This document shows, in pieces, positions 54,804 to 64,000 of a stretch of DNA of 64,000 nt. Under the pieces are notes generated by a model that saw nothing but the letters and a program-made list of their open reading frames with translations, was not told where the DNA came from and ran no database searches. Every line of letters starts with the position of its first letter. The first letter of the stretch is position 1. This stretch comes from Verrucomicrobiaceae bacterium (GTDB lineage: Bacteria; Verrucomicrobiota; Verrucomicrobiia; Verrucomicrobiales; V1-33), in NCBI GenBank assembly GCA_027483175.1, contig JAIXVE010000042.1, positions 29-64,028 on the forward strand, written 5' to 3'. A program made the position numbers and the translations under genes.

Positions 54804-56330
54804 ATGATCACTGAAAGACCCTCGGCTGGAATGGTGGTGCTGCGCACGATGTTACTGGGGGTGTTCTGTGTGGTGATCGGGTGGCTGGCGGCGGTGCAGG
54901 CGAAGCTGGGGATGGTGCCTGGGGTGGTGACGGGGGCGGCGATTTTCGGGATTGGGTCGTTTGCGCTGCTGAGGTTGTCGGGGGCTCCGGGGAGTCTGTG
55001 GGTGACGTTCGGGATCAAGTTTTTCAGTGTGACGGCGTACAAGATTGTGACGGTGGTGATGGTGAGTTATCTGGTGAAGGACTGCGGGTTGAAGGACACG
55101 TCGGCGCAGTGGCTGTTCGGGGTGTGGGGGATGTTCATGTCAGTGGCGACGCTGTTGTCCGGGTCGCTGACTGACGTGCTGGGGTTGCGGAAGACCTTGT
55201 TAGCGGGGGTGCTGCTGTGTCTGGTGTCGCGGGTGCTGATGCTGGTGAGTGTGAATCCGTATGTGGTGCTGGTGCTGGGGATGGTGCCGCTGGCGGTGGG
55301 TGAGGCGTTGTGCACGCCGGTGCTGGTGGCGGCGACGCGGCGGTTTACGGACACATCGCAGCGGTCGGTGGCGTTTTCGGTGTTTTATGCGATTTTGAAT
55401 CTGGGGTTCATGGTGGGTTATTTTGTGAGGGATGGGGTGCAGCAGGGAGGGCCGATGGTGGTGTGGGGGGTGGGGTATTCGGTGCAGCAGCTGCTGTTTG
55501 CGGTGAGTTTCGGGATTGAGTTGCTAGTGCTGCCATTGGTGCTGCTGATGCGGGACCGGAGTGTGGAGGGACTGGCGATGGTGCCGGTGGCGGGTTTCCG
55601 GGCGGCGGTGGGGCAGACGGCGGGGATGTTCCGGACCCTGGTGGAGCATCCTGGGTTTCGGCGGTTGCTGGTGTTTCTGCTGATGATCGGGATCCTGAAG
55701 ATTGTGTTCAACATTATGGACGCGGTGCTGCCGACGTTTGCGGAGCGGGAGATTGGCGGGGAGGGAGCGGCGCGGGTGGGGCGGTTGAATGCGGTGAACA
55801 GCATTCTGATTCTGGTGCTGGCACCGGCGGTGGGGATGATGACGAGGCGTTATTCGGCGTATGCGATGGTGATCTTCGGTGGGTTTATCACGGCGCTGTC
55901 GTTTGTGTTTCTGGCGTTGCCGCCGGGGTGGTTTGCGGGGGTGACGGCTGGGCCGGTGGGTGAGTGGATCGGGCGCGGGTATCTTGAGTTGAAGGGGACG
56001 GTGCATCCATATCTGGTGATGATTCTGTTCTGGCAGGTGGTGTTTTCGGTGGGGGAGGCGTTCTATTCGCCGCGGGTGTATGAGTATGCGGTGGCGATTG
56101 CGCCGAAGGGGCAGGAGGCGTCGTATGCGGCGTTGTCGGCGGTGCCGCTGCTGATGGGGAAGATGATCAACAGTGCGTTGTTCGGGACGATGCTGGCGCG
56201 GTTCTGTCCTGCGGAGGGGCCGAGGAATTCGAGCTTGATGTGGCTGATTGGCGGGTTGCTGGTGCTGGCTGCGCCGCTCGGGCTGCTGGTGCTGCAGCCT
56301 TACATTCGGGTGAAAGAGGAAGGGCGGTGA
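54804..56330 (+). CDS. MFS-type transporter
   Basis: About 12-14 hydrophobic segments throughout. The start is uncertain (track 54723; ATG 54804 or 54831 avoids the Gly/Glu-rich non-membrane leader). No specific subfamily recognised. Confidence 0.65.
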   Translation: MITERPSAGMVVLRTMLLGVFCVVIGWLAAVQAKLGMVPGVVTGAAIFGIGSFALLRLSGAPGSLWVTFGIKFFSVTAYKIVTVVMVSYLVKDCGLKDTSAQWLFGVWGMFMSVATLLSGSLTDVLGLRKTLLAGVLLCLVSRVLMLVSVNPYVVLVLGMVPLAVGEALCTPVLVAATRRFTDTSQRSVAFSVFYAILNLGFMVGYFVRDGVQQGGPMVVWGVGYSVQQLLFAVSFGIELLVLPLVLLMRDRSVEGLAMVPVAGFRAAVGQTAGMFRTLVEHPGFRRLLVFLLMIGILKIVFNIMDAVLPTFAEREIGGEGAARVGRLNAVNSILILVLAPAVGMMTRRYSAYAMVIFGGFITALSFVFLALPPGWFAGVTAGPVGEWIGRGYLELKGTVHPYLVMILFWQVVFSVGEAFYSPRVYEYAVAIAPKGQEASYAALSAVPLLMGKMINSALFGTMLARFCPAEGPRNSSLMWLIGGLLVLAAPLGLLVLQPYIRVKEEGR

Positions 56331-56373
56331 GCAAAGAAAAGGCGGCACCGTCCATGAGAGGGACGATGCCGCC
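56331..56373 (-). terminator. Rho-independent terminator (minus-strand orientation; may act bidirectionally)
   Basis: 12-bp stem GGCGGCACCGTC / GACGATGCCGCC (one mismatch). On the minus strand it is followed by TTTTCTTTGC. It lies 43 nt after the stop at 56416. Confidence 0.65.
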
Positions 56374-56415
56374 GTGCGAATGGGAAGAGTCAGGATCGGT
56401 CAGGTGGCGAAGCGA

Positions 56416-59109
56416 TTACTGGCGGAGCCGGTAGAACTTGCGTTGGGCGGTGGCGGGTTCGGAGAGTGGGCTAACGGCGCCGGGGAGGTCGGTCCATGTG
56501 GTGAGGTCGGAGGACTGCTGAAGCGTGCCGGAGTTGCTCCATGTGACGACGATGTTAGGGCCGGAACGTTCGATGGTGACTGGGGAGGAGTAGATGCTGC
56601 CGGGGCCTGAGATGAGGGATGGATGGGTGGCGGCGCTGTAGACGATGCCGTCGGGCTGGCGGGTGCCATCGATGTAGAAGGCAGGGATGTCGCGGGTGCC
56701 AGAGTAGGAGAGTTTGAGGGTGGCGGTGGAGGAGAGGTAGATGGCGCTGCGCGGGCTGGGGGCTCCGGTGGCGGTGAACTCGAGCGTGCCTGCTTCGATG
56801 CGGGTGGGGCCGGAGTAGTCGGATTGGGCGGTGGGGAGGCCGATGGTGCCGGAGCCGATTTTGGTGAGGCCGACCCTGCCGGTGCCGCCGTTGGTGTTGT
56901 CGGTGATTTTGCCATTCTGGCCGGAGCCGCCGGTTGGCCAGACGGTATTGGAGATGTTGGCGTTGCCGACGGTGAGGATGGAGAGGGTGGCGTCGGCGTT
57001 GTTGGCGAAGACCCCGCCGTTGCCGCTGAGTCCGCCGGTGGTCTGGCTGGTGCCGTTGAAGTCGACGCGGAGGTCGGTGGTGGAGCCGTTGCAGATGATG
57101 GAGCCGTTAGGAGAGCTGGTGACTGGGTCGCCGGTGGAGACCTGCTGGCCCCAGCGGCCGCGGGAGGTGAAGGTGAGGGTGCCGGAGCCGATTCTGGTGA
57201 AGCCGGTGTAGGTATTGGCGTTGTCGAGGATGAAGACGGCACCGGAGTCGAGGTTGGCGAGGTCGATGTCGGTGCGGTAGCCTTGTTTCTGGGCGGTGGC
57301 GGAGGCTGGGACGACGGAGACCGTCATGTTGCCGCCGTTGCCGTTTTGGATGATGCCTGAGAACGTGGTGACGGAGCCTGCGGGGGCGGCGATTTTGAGG
57401 ACGGCGCGTGCGAGGGGTGAGTTGTTGGTGATGGTGCCGAAGCCTGAGGGGGCGGGCATCTGGTTCTGGTTGTCGTCGCCGTTGAGATCGAAGGTGCCGC
57501 CGGACATGACGAGACGGCCGTAGCGGTAGAGCTGGCCGTTGGCGGCGCGGAGATTGCTGTTGGTGGTGTAGGGCTGGGCCGGGTCGAGGGCGTTGTAGTA
57601 GCGGAGCGTTGCGCCTGGTTCGAGGGCGTCGATCGAGTCGAGGGCGGCGGGCGAGAGGTTGTTGCCGGAGACGGCGGCCTTCATGACGACTGTGCCGCTG
57701 AGGAGACGCGTGCCGCCGGAGAGGGAGTTGCGGCCTTCGAGGGTGAGGGTGGAAGTGCCTTTGATGGTGAGACCGTCTGCGCCGGAGAGATCGGCGGAGA
57801 TGGTGGTGGGGCCGTGGACGGTGATGACCGGGTCTCTGGCGGGATCGGATTCCGCTAGTGTGAGGGTGCTGGCGTTCGGGGAAGAGATGGAGTAGGGGGC
57901 ACCGAAGAAGAGGTCGTGGACGTTTACTGGGGAGTCGAGGATGACATTGCCAGCGCCTTGTGAGGAGAAGAGCGCGTCCTGGCTGTCGGACCAGAAGGAA
58001 GGCGAGTCCCAGTTCTGGCTGGTGGTGTTCCAGCGGAAGTCGCCGGCGGGGCTATTGGTCCAGCGGTTGGGGCCGATGGGTGGCTGGGTGACGGCGTAGC
58101 TGACGGCGTTGAGGAACAACTGCCGGCCGGTTGGGGAGAGGTCGATGGCTCCGGCCTGAGGGTTGGGGGCGCTGGTGGTGGAGCCGCTGGCGTCGCGGGT
58201 GCCGCAGGAGAAGAGGAGACGGTAGCCTGCGAGAGAGTCGGAGGCCTGGGTGGTGCGGACGACGGTGCCGGCTGGCCATTCAGCGATGCCGTAGCCTTTG
58301 ACGTCGTAGATGTCGGTGGGGTGGATGGCGGGGGTCTGACCGGCGGGGATGTTGACGCCTGGGTCGAGCGGGTTGAAGTCGAGGGTGGCGAGGAGACGGC
58401 CGCCGGGTTCGAGGGTATTGGAGACTGGTTGGTCTGCGCCGTTGAGGCGGACGGCGAAGAACTGGACGGAAGTGCCGCGGTTATTGGTAGGGGAGGGGAC
58501 GCGGATGCCGGCGAAGTCGTTCATGACGGTGTCCGCGCCGAGGAGGGTGGCGGGGATGCCGGCGAAGATGGGGTGTGTGGGGACGTTGAAGGTGAGTTTC
58601 CCGGAGGAAGTGCGGAGTGGATCGTTGGCGGCGGAGTCGTATTCGGTGCTAGTGGTGGCGGCGTTGAGGTAGCCCATGCGGTTGGCGCGGATGAGCGTCG
58701 ATTTGGTGACGATCATGGGGGAACGGATGTCGACGTTCCATTTATTGCCCTGAGCGAGGAGGTTGAAGGGGCCGCTGTTGAGGGCGGAGCCGAGGATGAC
58801 GAGGTCGAAGGCGTTGAGGAGCGGGACGTCGTCGGTGGAGAGACGGCCGGATTGGGGATTGAAGCGTGAGACTGAGTGGCCGGCGGAGGTGAGGAGGTCG
58901 ATGAAGCCCTGATCGACGAAAGGAGTGCCTGTGGAGACGGCGGGGTGCCATGAGCCGCGGACGACGCCGTCGGAGCCGGTGCCGGTGGTGGCGGCGGAGC
59001 CTTCGGGGCCGTTGTCGCTGACCCAGACGATGCGTGCGGCGTGGGTGACGGGGGCGGTGGCGAGGGTGAGGAGGAGGGAGGAGAGGAGGCGGAGGGAGGG
59101 GGGATTCAT
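56416..59109 (-). CDS. Secreted autotransporter-associated beta-strand repeat (PATR) protein
   Basis: Track ORF trimmed to ATG 59109 (MNPPSLRLLSSLLLTLATAPVTHA signal). PATR-like units LTIKGTSTLTLEGRNSLSGGTRLLSGTV, ILDNANTYTGFTRIGSGTLTF, LTKIGSGTIGL...YSGPTRIEAGTLEF. The C-terminus ends ...SSDLTTWTDL...KFYRLRQ. Confidence 0.8.
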   Translation of the reverse strand: MNPPSLRLLSSLLLTLATAPVTHAARIVWVSDNGPEGSAATTGTGSDGVVRGSWHPAVSTGTPFVDQGFIDLLTSAGHSVSRFNPQSGRLSTDDVPLLNAFDLVILGSALNSGPFNLLAQGNKWNVDIRSPMIVTKSTLIRANRMGYLNAATTSTEYDSAANDPLRTSSGKLTFNVPTHPIFAGIPATLLGADTVMNDFAGIRVPSPTNNRGTSVQFFAVRLNGADQPVSNTLEPGGRLLATLDFNPLDPGVNIPAGQTPAIHPTDIYDVKGYGIAEWPAGTVVRTTQASDSLAGYRLLFSCGTRDASGSTTSAPNPQAGAIDLSPTGRQLFLNAVSYAVTQPPIGPNRWTNSPAGDFRWNTTSQNWDSPSFWSDSQDALFSSQGAGNVILDSPVNVHDLFFGAPYSISSPNASTLTLAESDPARDPVITVHGPTTISADLSGADGLTIKGTSTLTLEGRNSLSGGTRLLSGTVVMKAAVSGNNLSPAALDSIDALEPGATLRYYNALDPAQPYTTNSNLRAANGQLYRYGRLVMSGGTFDLNGDDNQNQMPAPSGFGTITNNSPLARAVLKIAAPAGSVTTFSGIIQNGNGGNMTVSVVPASATAQKQGYRTDIDLANLDSGAVFILDNANTYTGFTRIGSGTLTFTSRGRWGQQVSTGDPVTSSPNGSIICNGSTTDLRVDFNGTSQTTGGLSGNGGVFANNADATLSILTVGNANISNTVWPTGGSGQNGKITDNTNGGTGRVGLTKIGSGTIGLPTAQSDYSGPTRIEAGTLEFTATGAPSPRSAIYLSSTATLKLSYSGTRDIPAFYIDGTRQPDGIVYSAATHPSLISGPGSIYSSPVTIERSGPNIVVTWSNSGTLQQSSDLTTWTDLPGAVSPLSEPATAQRKFYRLRQ

Positions 59110-59261
59110 AGAGTCCCCTGATTTTCGGGGGACTGCTGTGGCGGTGACGAGATGGAAATGAGTTGTATGGTCAAAATACAACTGAGCGTCGGCGGAGCCT
59201 TGTTCCGGTTGGGCTGGCGGGGAACAGGGCGACAGCAGAGCAGAACGCGTACCGTGAACGT

Positions 59262-59318
59262 GGAAAAAGAGAGAGGCCACCGGGCCGGGACTGGAGAGTC
59301 GCCGGGCCTGGTGGCCTC
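59262..59318 (-). terminator. Rho-independent terminator of the 1444-aa gene
   Basis: 14-bp stem GAGGCCACCGGGCC (59273..59286) / GGCCTGGTGGCCTC (59305..59318). On the minus strand it is followed by TCTCTTTTTCC. Confidence 0.75.
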
Positions 59319-59340
59319 TGGAGGGATGGGAGGGCGGGGA

Positions 59341-62300
59341 TTATTCGCCGACCTGATGGACTTCGGTGACGCGGTAGGTGTAGAAGTCGTCGAGCTTCTG
59401 AGCGGTCACGAGGTTGTTGACGGTGACGTAGTCCGGGAGACGGAGGATGGCAGGGTCACGCGGGTTGATGCTGCGTTCGATCATGGCGGAGCCGCGCCAT
59501 TCGGCCATGACGACGTCCTTGCCCGGGGTGGAGTCGAAGATGATCGGATCGGAGTTGAGGGCTTTTTTGACGGCCTGGGCGACGACGTGGACCTTGTAGG
59601 TGTCCGAGCGGGTGCAGAGGCGTGGGTAGAGTTCGGAGTAGGGCCGTTCGCGGACGTTGTCGCCGGTGAGGCGGTGGTTGTTCCAGAATTCGCGGATGAC
59701 CTGATTGAGGGTGAGGCTGCTGGAGGCGTTGTTCATGTCTGGGACGAGCCAGAGTTCGCAGATTTCGGACGGGGTCCGGAAGGCGCTGAACGGGACAGGG
59801 AAGCCTTCGGCGTCGAGGCCGCGGAAGCGGAACTCGGTGATTTGGCGCACGGTTTCGCGGGCATTGATCCAGTAGCGGTAGGACTGGTTGTCATTGAGGC
59901 GTGAGCCGTCCTTATAGCGCTGGGAGGCGGTATTGGGGATGGCCATCATGCGGGTGCCGCGGAAGAGGGCGTGGAGGGCAGTGGTGCGTTCGATGTAGGT
60001 GAACGGGAAGATCTGCTGATTGAGGTTGATGGCACCCTTGGTGGCGAAGCCTTCGCTGATGGACCATGGTTCGACGATCGGCATCCAGAACATGTCGAGG
60101 ATGAGGTGATCTTTTGGACCGCAGTAGTTGGCGAATGGGAAGAGGTGGGAGAAGCCCTGAGGTTTCCGAGGGGTGTCGTTGACGGCGCGGACGCGCATTT
60201 GCGGGTCGTTCATGCCGGGGTCCGGGCGGAAGCGGAGCGTCTGCCATGGGACGCGGGCGTTGATGCCGGAGGGGATGGAGCCGAAGTCGACTGGGGAGCG
60301 CATGAGGCGGTTCGGGGAGAACGAGCCTGGCGGGGTCGAGGTGGGGACATCCTGGAGTCTGGCGTAATAGTAGGGGTTGCTGGTGGTTTCGGTGGCGCGG
60401 GAGTCGCCATCGTCCGGGTGGTTCATGTATGGGCCGTCCGGGGCGAGACCGACGCCGTTGTCGAAGTCACCGGTTTCGAGCGGGTCGGAGGAACCGCGGT
60501 TGGGGACGAGGCCTTGACCGTCGCGGCGGCCGTGGGCGAAGCGGAGGGCGCGGAGCTGGTTATTGCTGGAGCTGGCGACCTGGAGGACGGTGGAGGGAGG
60601 CTGGGTATTGAAGGCTGGGTTGCAAAGGTCCGCGGTCCTGACGGGAGCGAGGTGCGGGTTGAAGGCCGGGGGCATCGCGTTGATGCGGTAGGTGGAGTCG
60701 GCGAGGAGTTGGTCGTCGGCGAGGTAGGCACCTGCGGAGGGGACCATCTGGGCGTTGGTATTGCCGACGAGGTTTGGTTCGATGACCGAGTGGGCGTTGG
60801 GGACGCCTGCTCCGTTCATGACGAAGATGCCGCGATCGACGCGCATGGGGATGGTGGTGAGGCGGTAGTCGCCGTGGGGGACGACCATGCTGATGACTCC
60901 GGTTTTGGGAGGCGGGAAGCTTTGGGCGGTGGTGTTGGGCCCGATCATGAGGTTCTGGTCCTGCATGAGACCGGCGACGCCGCCAGCGCCGAGGGAGCGG
61001 CCTGTGTAGTCGGCGCGGGTGTTGGGGATGGTGGCGGGGTTGAAGTCCAGTTCGAGGCACTGGACGGTATTAACGCCTGATGGATCCGGGTCGTCGTAGG
61101 GGAAGACGCGGAGTTTGCCACGATCGACAGGGGAGTTGGCGAGTGGTTGCCAGAGGAACTGGACGTTGAGCGGGTTGGGGCGGCCAGCGCCTTGACCGGT
61201 GTAGACGGCGTAGCCGAGGATGGCGGTTCGGGCGGTGGAGAGGTAGCGAGCGCCGACCATACCGCCCCATGGGATGAGACGGCCTGGTTGGAAGGCACGG
61301 TTGCCGCCGGTGGGGCCGTTGGTGATGCCGTCACGGAGGCCTGCGACGGCGCAGCCGAAGCGGAGGGGGACCTGGCCTGGGCTGACGAGGGAGATGGGCA
61401 TCGTTGGGGCGGCGGCGGTGTCGACCTGAGCTGAGCGCGGGTCATCGCCACCGGCACTATTGGGGCCGCTGATGTTCATGCCGCCGCCGCCGAAGAGGGG
61501 TGCCCAGCCGTGTTTGGGGGCGAAGCCGTTCATGACGACGCCGAGTTCGACGATGGAAGCGCCCCGGGTGGCCTGGTTCCAGCGGGTGGCATTTTCCGGG
61601 GTGAGACGAGCGACGACGGTGGTATCGCCGACGGGGGCACCGGAGCCGGGTTTGAGGGTGGTGACGTTGGCGATGAGGACGATTTCTGCGGCCCCGAAGA
61701 TCCGTCCGGTACCGCGAGGGGTGCAGACGTTGGGGCTGTTCATGGCGAGGGTGTGGTCGGTCTGGACGTTGCGGCCGGTGTTGGTGCAGCCGCAGACCCC
61801 GGCGGTGGAGCCGAGACCGCTGTCGTAGGCCTGGCCGTTGGGGACATAGCCCGGGCGCAGGTTGGACGAGCGGATGAAGTCCAGCATGTTGAGGAGGATC
61901 TGGGAGCGGTCGGAGGCGTCGAAGTCCGGGCTGCTGGGGTTATTGTCGGCGGTTCTGGGGGAACCGTTGACGATGACCGTGGGGCGATTGTATTTCTGTT
62001 CGAGGGATCTGAAGCTGGTGGCAGCCAGTTCAGGGTAGCCCTCGATGTTCATGGTGGTGATCCGCTTGAGGTAGCGGAAGAGGAGGGCGTTGCGGCCCCC
62101 GAATTCACCGAAGAAGGCGTTGTGACGGCTATTGGAGTTGGTGACGGAGCGCTGGAAGTAGAATGGGCGGACGGTGCCGGTGGCTCCGAGGGAGGAGTTG
62201 GTGGCCATGGTGACTTCGAAGGCACCGATGTTGGCTGGGACTGGGCCGGTTCTGCCGACCTGAGCGGCGACTTCGCCGTTCATGGGGAACATGCAGACGC

Positions 62301-63675
62301 GAGGGAGGCCTTCGACGGTGAGTTCCGGGGCCTTGCTTTTGTGGGTGAGGAAGAACTGGGAGCGCTGGAGGCGTTTGAAGAGTTCCTCGCCTGGGTCACG
62401 GTCCTGGGCGTCGCCGCGGCGGCGATTGAGGTTCTGGTCGGCCTGGAGGGCTTTGAAGTAGAGTTCTTCGAAGGAAGCGAAGAGGTGATCGGCCTGGTCG
62501 AGGGGGACCGGGCGAGCGTTCTGCATGCGGACGGCGGTGGTGCCGCCGATGGAGCCGCCGAGTTCGGTGATGAACGGGGCGATGTTCCAGATGAGCTGGG
62601 CGCGGTTTTGGGGGAGCGGCTGCATGGAGCCGCCGACTGGGATGATGCTTGGGTCTGGGGTGTAGCGGAAGCCTGGGAAGAAAACGGCGCTGAGGTCGAC
62701 TTGGGCTGGGTGGCCGGGGTAGCGCTGGACCTCGCCGCTGACGGGCTGGCGGGTGGCGTACATGACGTCTTCCGCGGAGTTGGTGCGCGGCGTGTCCCAT
62801 GGGGAGGGGACGGAGGCGGTATTGACGTTGATTTTGCAGGTTTCGTCATCGGCCCACCATGCGATGCGGCCGACGATCTGATTTTGTTCGGAGGGGGTAC
62901 CGCCGTTGGAGATGGCGCGGAAGCGGTTGCCGTTGAGGACGCCCATGGTGCCGTCGGCGAGGAGGTAGATCCAGCGGACGGGCATGGCGAGTTCGCCGCG
63001 TTGCGGGTTGACGCCTGAGGGGGTGGGGCGGTTGCCGACGCCGTTGCCGTAGCGGAAGCCCTCGGTATTCTCGACGAGGTCGGAGACCTGGCCGTTGAAG
63101 CGGTTGGGGTCGGCGATGGGGTAGATGAGGCGGAGGCGCTTGCGGGTCTGGCTATTTTCGTCCTGATCGGTGCTGAGGTCCGAGGGGAGGGCTGGGCGGT
63201 TGAGGTCGACGAATTCGTCCGGGCGGTTGTCCCAGTTCTGGGGGACATCGGCTTCGACTCTTCTGAGGAGGAAGTCGCCCTGGTTTGGGGGGATATTGGT
63301 GACGACGAGGTCTTCAGCGGAGTAGAGCTTGTAGAGACGGTTGAAGTCCTGGCTGTCGGAGGAGTAGGTGCGGAGGCCGCCTGGCTGGGAGGACCAGATG
63401 GTTTTTCTGGCTCCGGTCTGGAGAGTGGTGGCTTCGCGGATCTGGGCGACGACGAAGTTGATGGCGGTGTCCTTGAGGGTGACGGCTTTTTCGATTTCGA
63501 CGGTACCGACGGCGGAGACCTTCTGGGACTGGGCCATGTTGAAGAAGGAGATCACCAGGACCGTCATGAGGGAGACGATTGCGAGGACGGTGATGATGGC
63601 GACGCCGCGTTTGCCGCGGCGGCCGCGGAAGTGGGAGGTGACGAACCGGAGCTTGATCAATTTCGGGAATTTCAT
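59341..63675 (-). CDS. Very large (1444 aa) secreted protein with GspK-like N-terminal anchor; resembles Verru_Chthon cassette protein A by size, N-terminus and pilin-gene context
   Basis: Uninterrupted ORF. N-terminus RGRRGKRGVAIITVLAIVSLMTVLVISFFNMAQS is a GspK-type pseudopilin-like helix without the G-F-T-L-x-E cleavage motif. The family call is from memory of TIGRFAM descriptions and is not a search result. Confidence 0.6.
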   Translation of the reverse strand: MKFPKLIKLRFVTSHFRGRRGKRGVAIITVLAIVSLMTVLVISFFNMAQSQKVSAVGTVEIEKAVTLKDTAINFVVAQIREATTLQTGARKTIWSSQPGGLRTYSSDSQDFNRLYKLYSAEDLVVTNIPPNQGDFLLRRVEADVPQNWDNRPDEFVDLNRPALPSDLSTDQDENSQTRKRLRLIYPIADPNRFNGQVSDLVENTEGFRYGNGVGNRPTPSGVNPQRGELAMPVRWIYLLADGTMGVLNGNRFRAISNGGTPSEQNQIVGRIAWWADDETCKINVNTASVPSPWDTPRTNSAEDVMYATRQPVSGEVQRYPGHPAQVDLSAVFFPGFRYTPDPSIIPVGGSMQPLPQNRAQLIWNIAPFITELGGSIGGTTAVRMQNARPVPLDQADHLFASFEELYFKALQADQNLNRRRGDAQDRDPGEELFKRLQRSQFFLTHKSKAPELTVEGLPRVCMFPMNGEVAAQVGRTGPVPANIGAFEVTMATNSSLGATGTVRPFYFQRSVTNSNSRHNAFFGEFGGRNALLFRYLKRITTMNIEGYPELAATSFRSLEQKYNRPTVIVNGSPRTADNNPSSPDFDASDRSQILLNMLDFIRSSNLRPGYVPNGQAYDSGLGSTAGVCGCTNTGRNVQTDHTLAMNSPNVCTPRGTGRIFGAAEIVLIANVTTLKPGSGAPVGDTTVVARLTPENATRWNQATRGASIVELGVVMNGFAPKHGWAPLFGGGGMNISGPNSAGGDDPRSAQVDTAAAPTMPISLVSPGQVPLRFGCAVAGLRDGITNGPTGGNRAFQPGRLIPWGGMVGARYLSTARTAILGYAVYTGQGAGRPNPLNVQFLWQPLANSPVDRGKLRVFPYDDPDPSGVNTVQCLELDFNPATIPNTRADYTGRSLGAGGVAGLMQDQNLMIGPNTTAQSFPPPKTGVISMVVPHGDYRLTTIPMRVDRGIFVMNGAGVPNAHSVIEPNLVGNTNAQMVPSAGAYLADDQLLADSTYRINAMPPAFNPHLAPVRTADLCNPAFNTQPPSTVLQVASSSNNQLRALRFAHGRRDGQGLVPNRGSSDPLETGDFDNGVGLAPDGPYMNHPDDGDSRATETTSNPYYYARLQDVPTSTPPGSFSPNRLMRSPVDFGSIPSGINARVPWQTLRFRPDPGMNDPQMRVRAVNDTPRKPQGFSHLFPFANYCGPKDHLILDMFWMPIVEPWSISEGFATKGAINLNQQIFPFTYIERTTALHALFRGTRMMAIPNTASQRYKDGSRLNDNQSYRYWINARETVRQITEFRFRGLDAEGFPVPFSAFRTPSEICELWLVPDMNNASSSLTLNQVIREFWNNHRLTGDNVRERPYSELYPRLCTRSDTYKVHVVAQAVKKALNSDPIIFDSTPGKDVVMAEWRGSAMIERSINPRDPAILRLPDYVTVNNLVTAQKLDDFYTYRVTEVHQVGE

Positions 63676-63881
63676 AGGATGCGAAGGGTTTCCGTGGATC
63701 GAAACCGGGCGACTGGGAGGAGCCGGCCTGCTACAGAGGTAGCGTTCGATGTTTTACATTGCAAATACATCGTCTGTCGAGAAAAATTTTCTCTTCGGGA
63801 GGAGGAAGGCGAAAAGTTCTTGCTGAAAAGCGGTGTACCTCCTATGTAAATACACAAATTCCGAATAACCGAGAGCCTGCC

Positions 63882-64000
63882 ATGAAGATTCCAGCTGATA
63901 TCCGCCGCCGCCGAGGGTTTACACTTGCTGAGGTGATGGTGGCGCTGGCGATTGTGTCGACGGTGATGATTGGGTTGCTGGGGATGATACCGATGGCGGT
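63882..64000 (+). CDS. 5' fragment of a prepilin-type N-terminal cleavage/methylation domain protein (continues beyond window)
   Basis: ATG 63882: MKIPADIRRRRGFTLAEVMVALAIVSTVMIGLLGMIPMA. Not in the ORF track because it is open at the window end. Confidence 0.75.
   Translation, partial: MKIPADIRRRRGFTLAEVMVALAIVSTVMIGLLGMIPMA

Noticed and set aside
63690-63720. tRNA-like T-arm string (GGATCGAAACCGGGC) near 63695
   Set aside because: No acceptor stem, D-arm or anticodon arm can be built around it, and it lies in the leader of the 1444-aa gene.

Overview
GC-rich chromosomal segment that looks verrucomicrobial. The clues are a PEP-CTERM tail, many prepilin-type N-termini, autotransporter-associated beta-strand repeat proteins and a Verru_Chthon-cassette-like giant protein. 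I recognised no rRNA, tRNA, CRISPR array, transposase or integrase. Layout: (1) 1-14.5 kb holds a PEP-CTERM protein fragment, a 3489-aa SdrD-B/DUF11/GEVED repeat adhesin, a small secreted protein, and a four-gene pseudopilin operon (GspG/H/I/J-like) whose last two products end in long Gly/Arg-Gly tails. (2) 14.5-18 kb holds a PQQ-like beta-propeller gene bracketed by (GAAGTGA)n heptamer arrays, and a helical-repeat secreted protein. (3) 18-21.6 kb is housekeeping (rpsP, KH protein, tcdA-like, aminotransferase). (4) 21.7-46.6 kb is a 25-kb minus-strand exopolysaccharide supercluster of 19 genes, many joined by ATGA overlaps. It combines glycosyltransferases, Wzx, a priming sugar transferase, OPX and a PCP/P-loop/OPX fusion. 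Interleaved with these are an H-NOX sensor, an HNOBA-containing hybrid kinase, a Cache kinase, a stand-alone receiver, and a STAS plus RsbW-GAF-PP2C partner-switching pair reminiscent of Vibrio fischeri SypA/SypE. This sensory-EPS cluster is my best candidate for a novel system. (5) 46.9-50.7 kb is a divergent GAF/PAS HisKA_3 kinase with a NarL-type regulator. (6) 50.9-56.3 kb holds aroC, a CXXCH protein, metX and an MFS transporter. (7) 56.4-64 kb holds an autotransporter-repeat protein, a 1444-aa GspK-like/Verru_Chthon-A-like protein and a divergent prepilin-type gene. Many track ORFs are antisense high-GC artefacts or carry N-terminal over-extensions, and I trimmed those.
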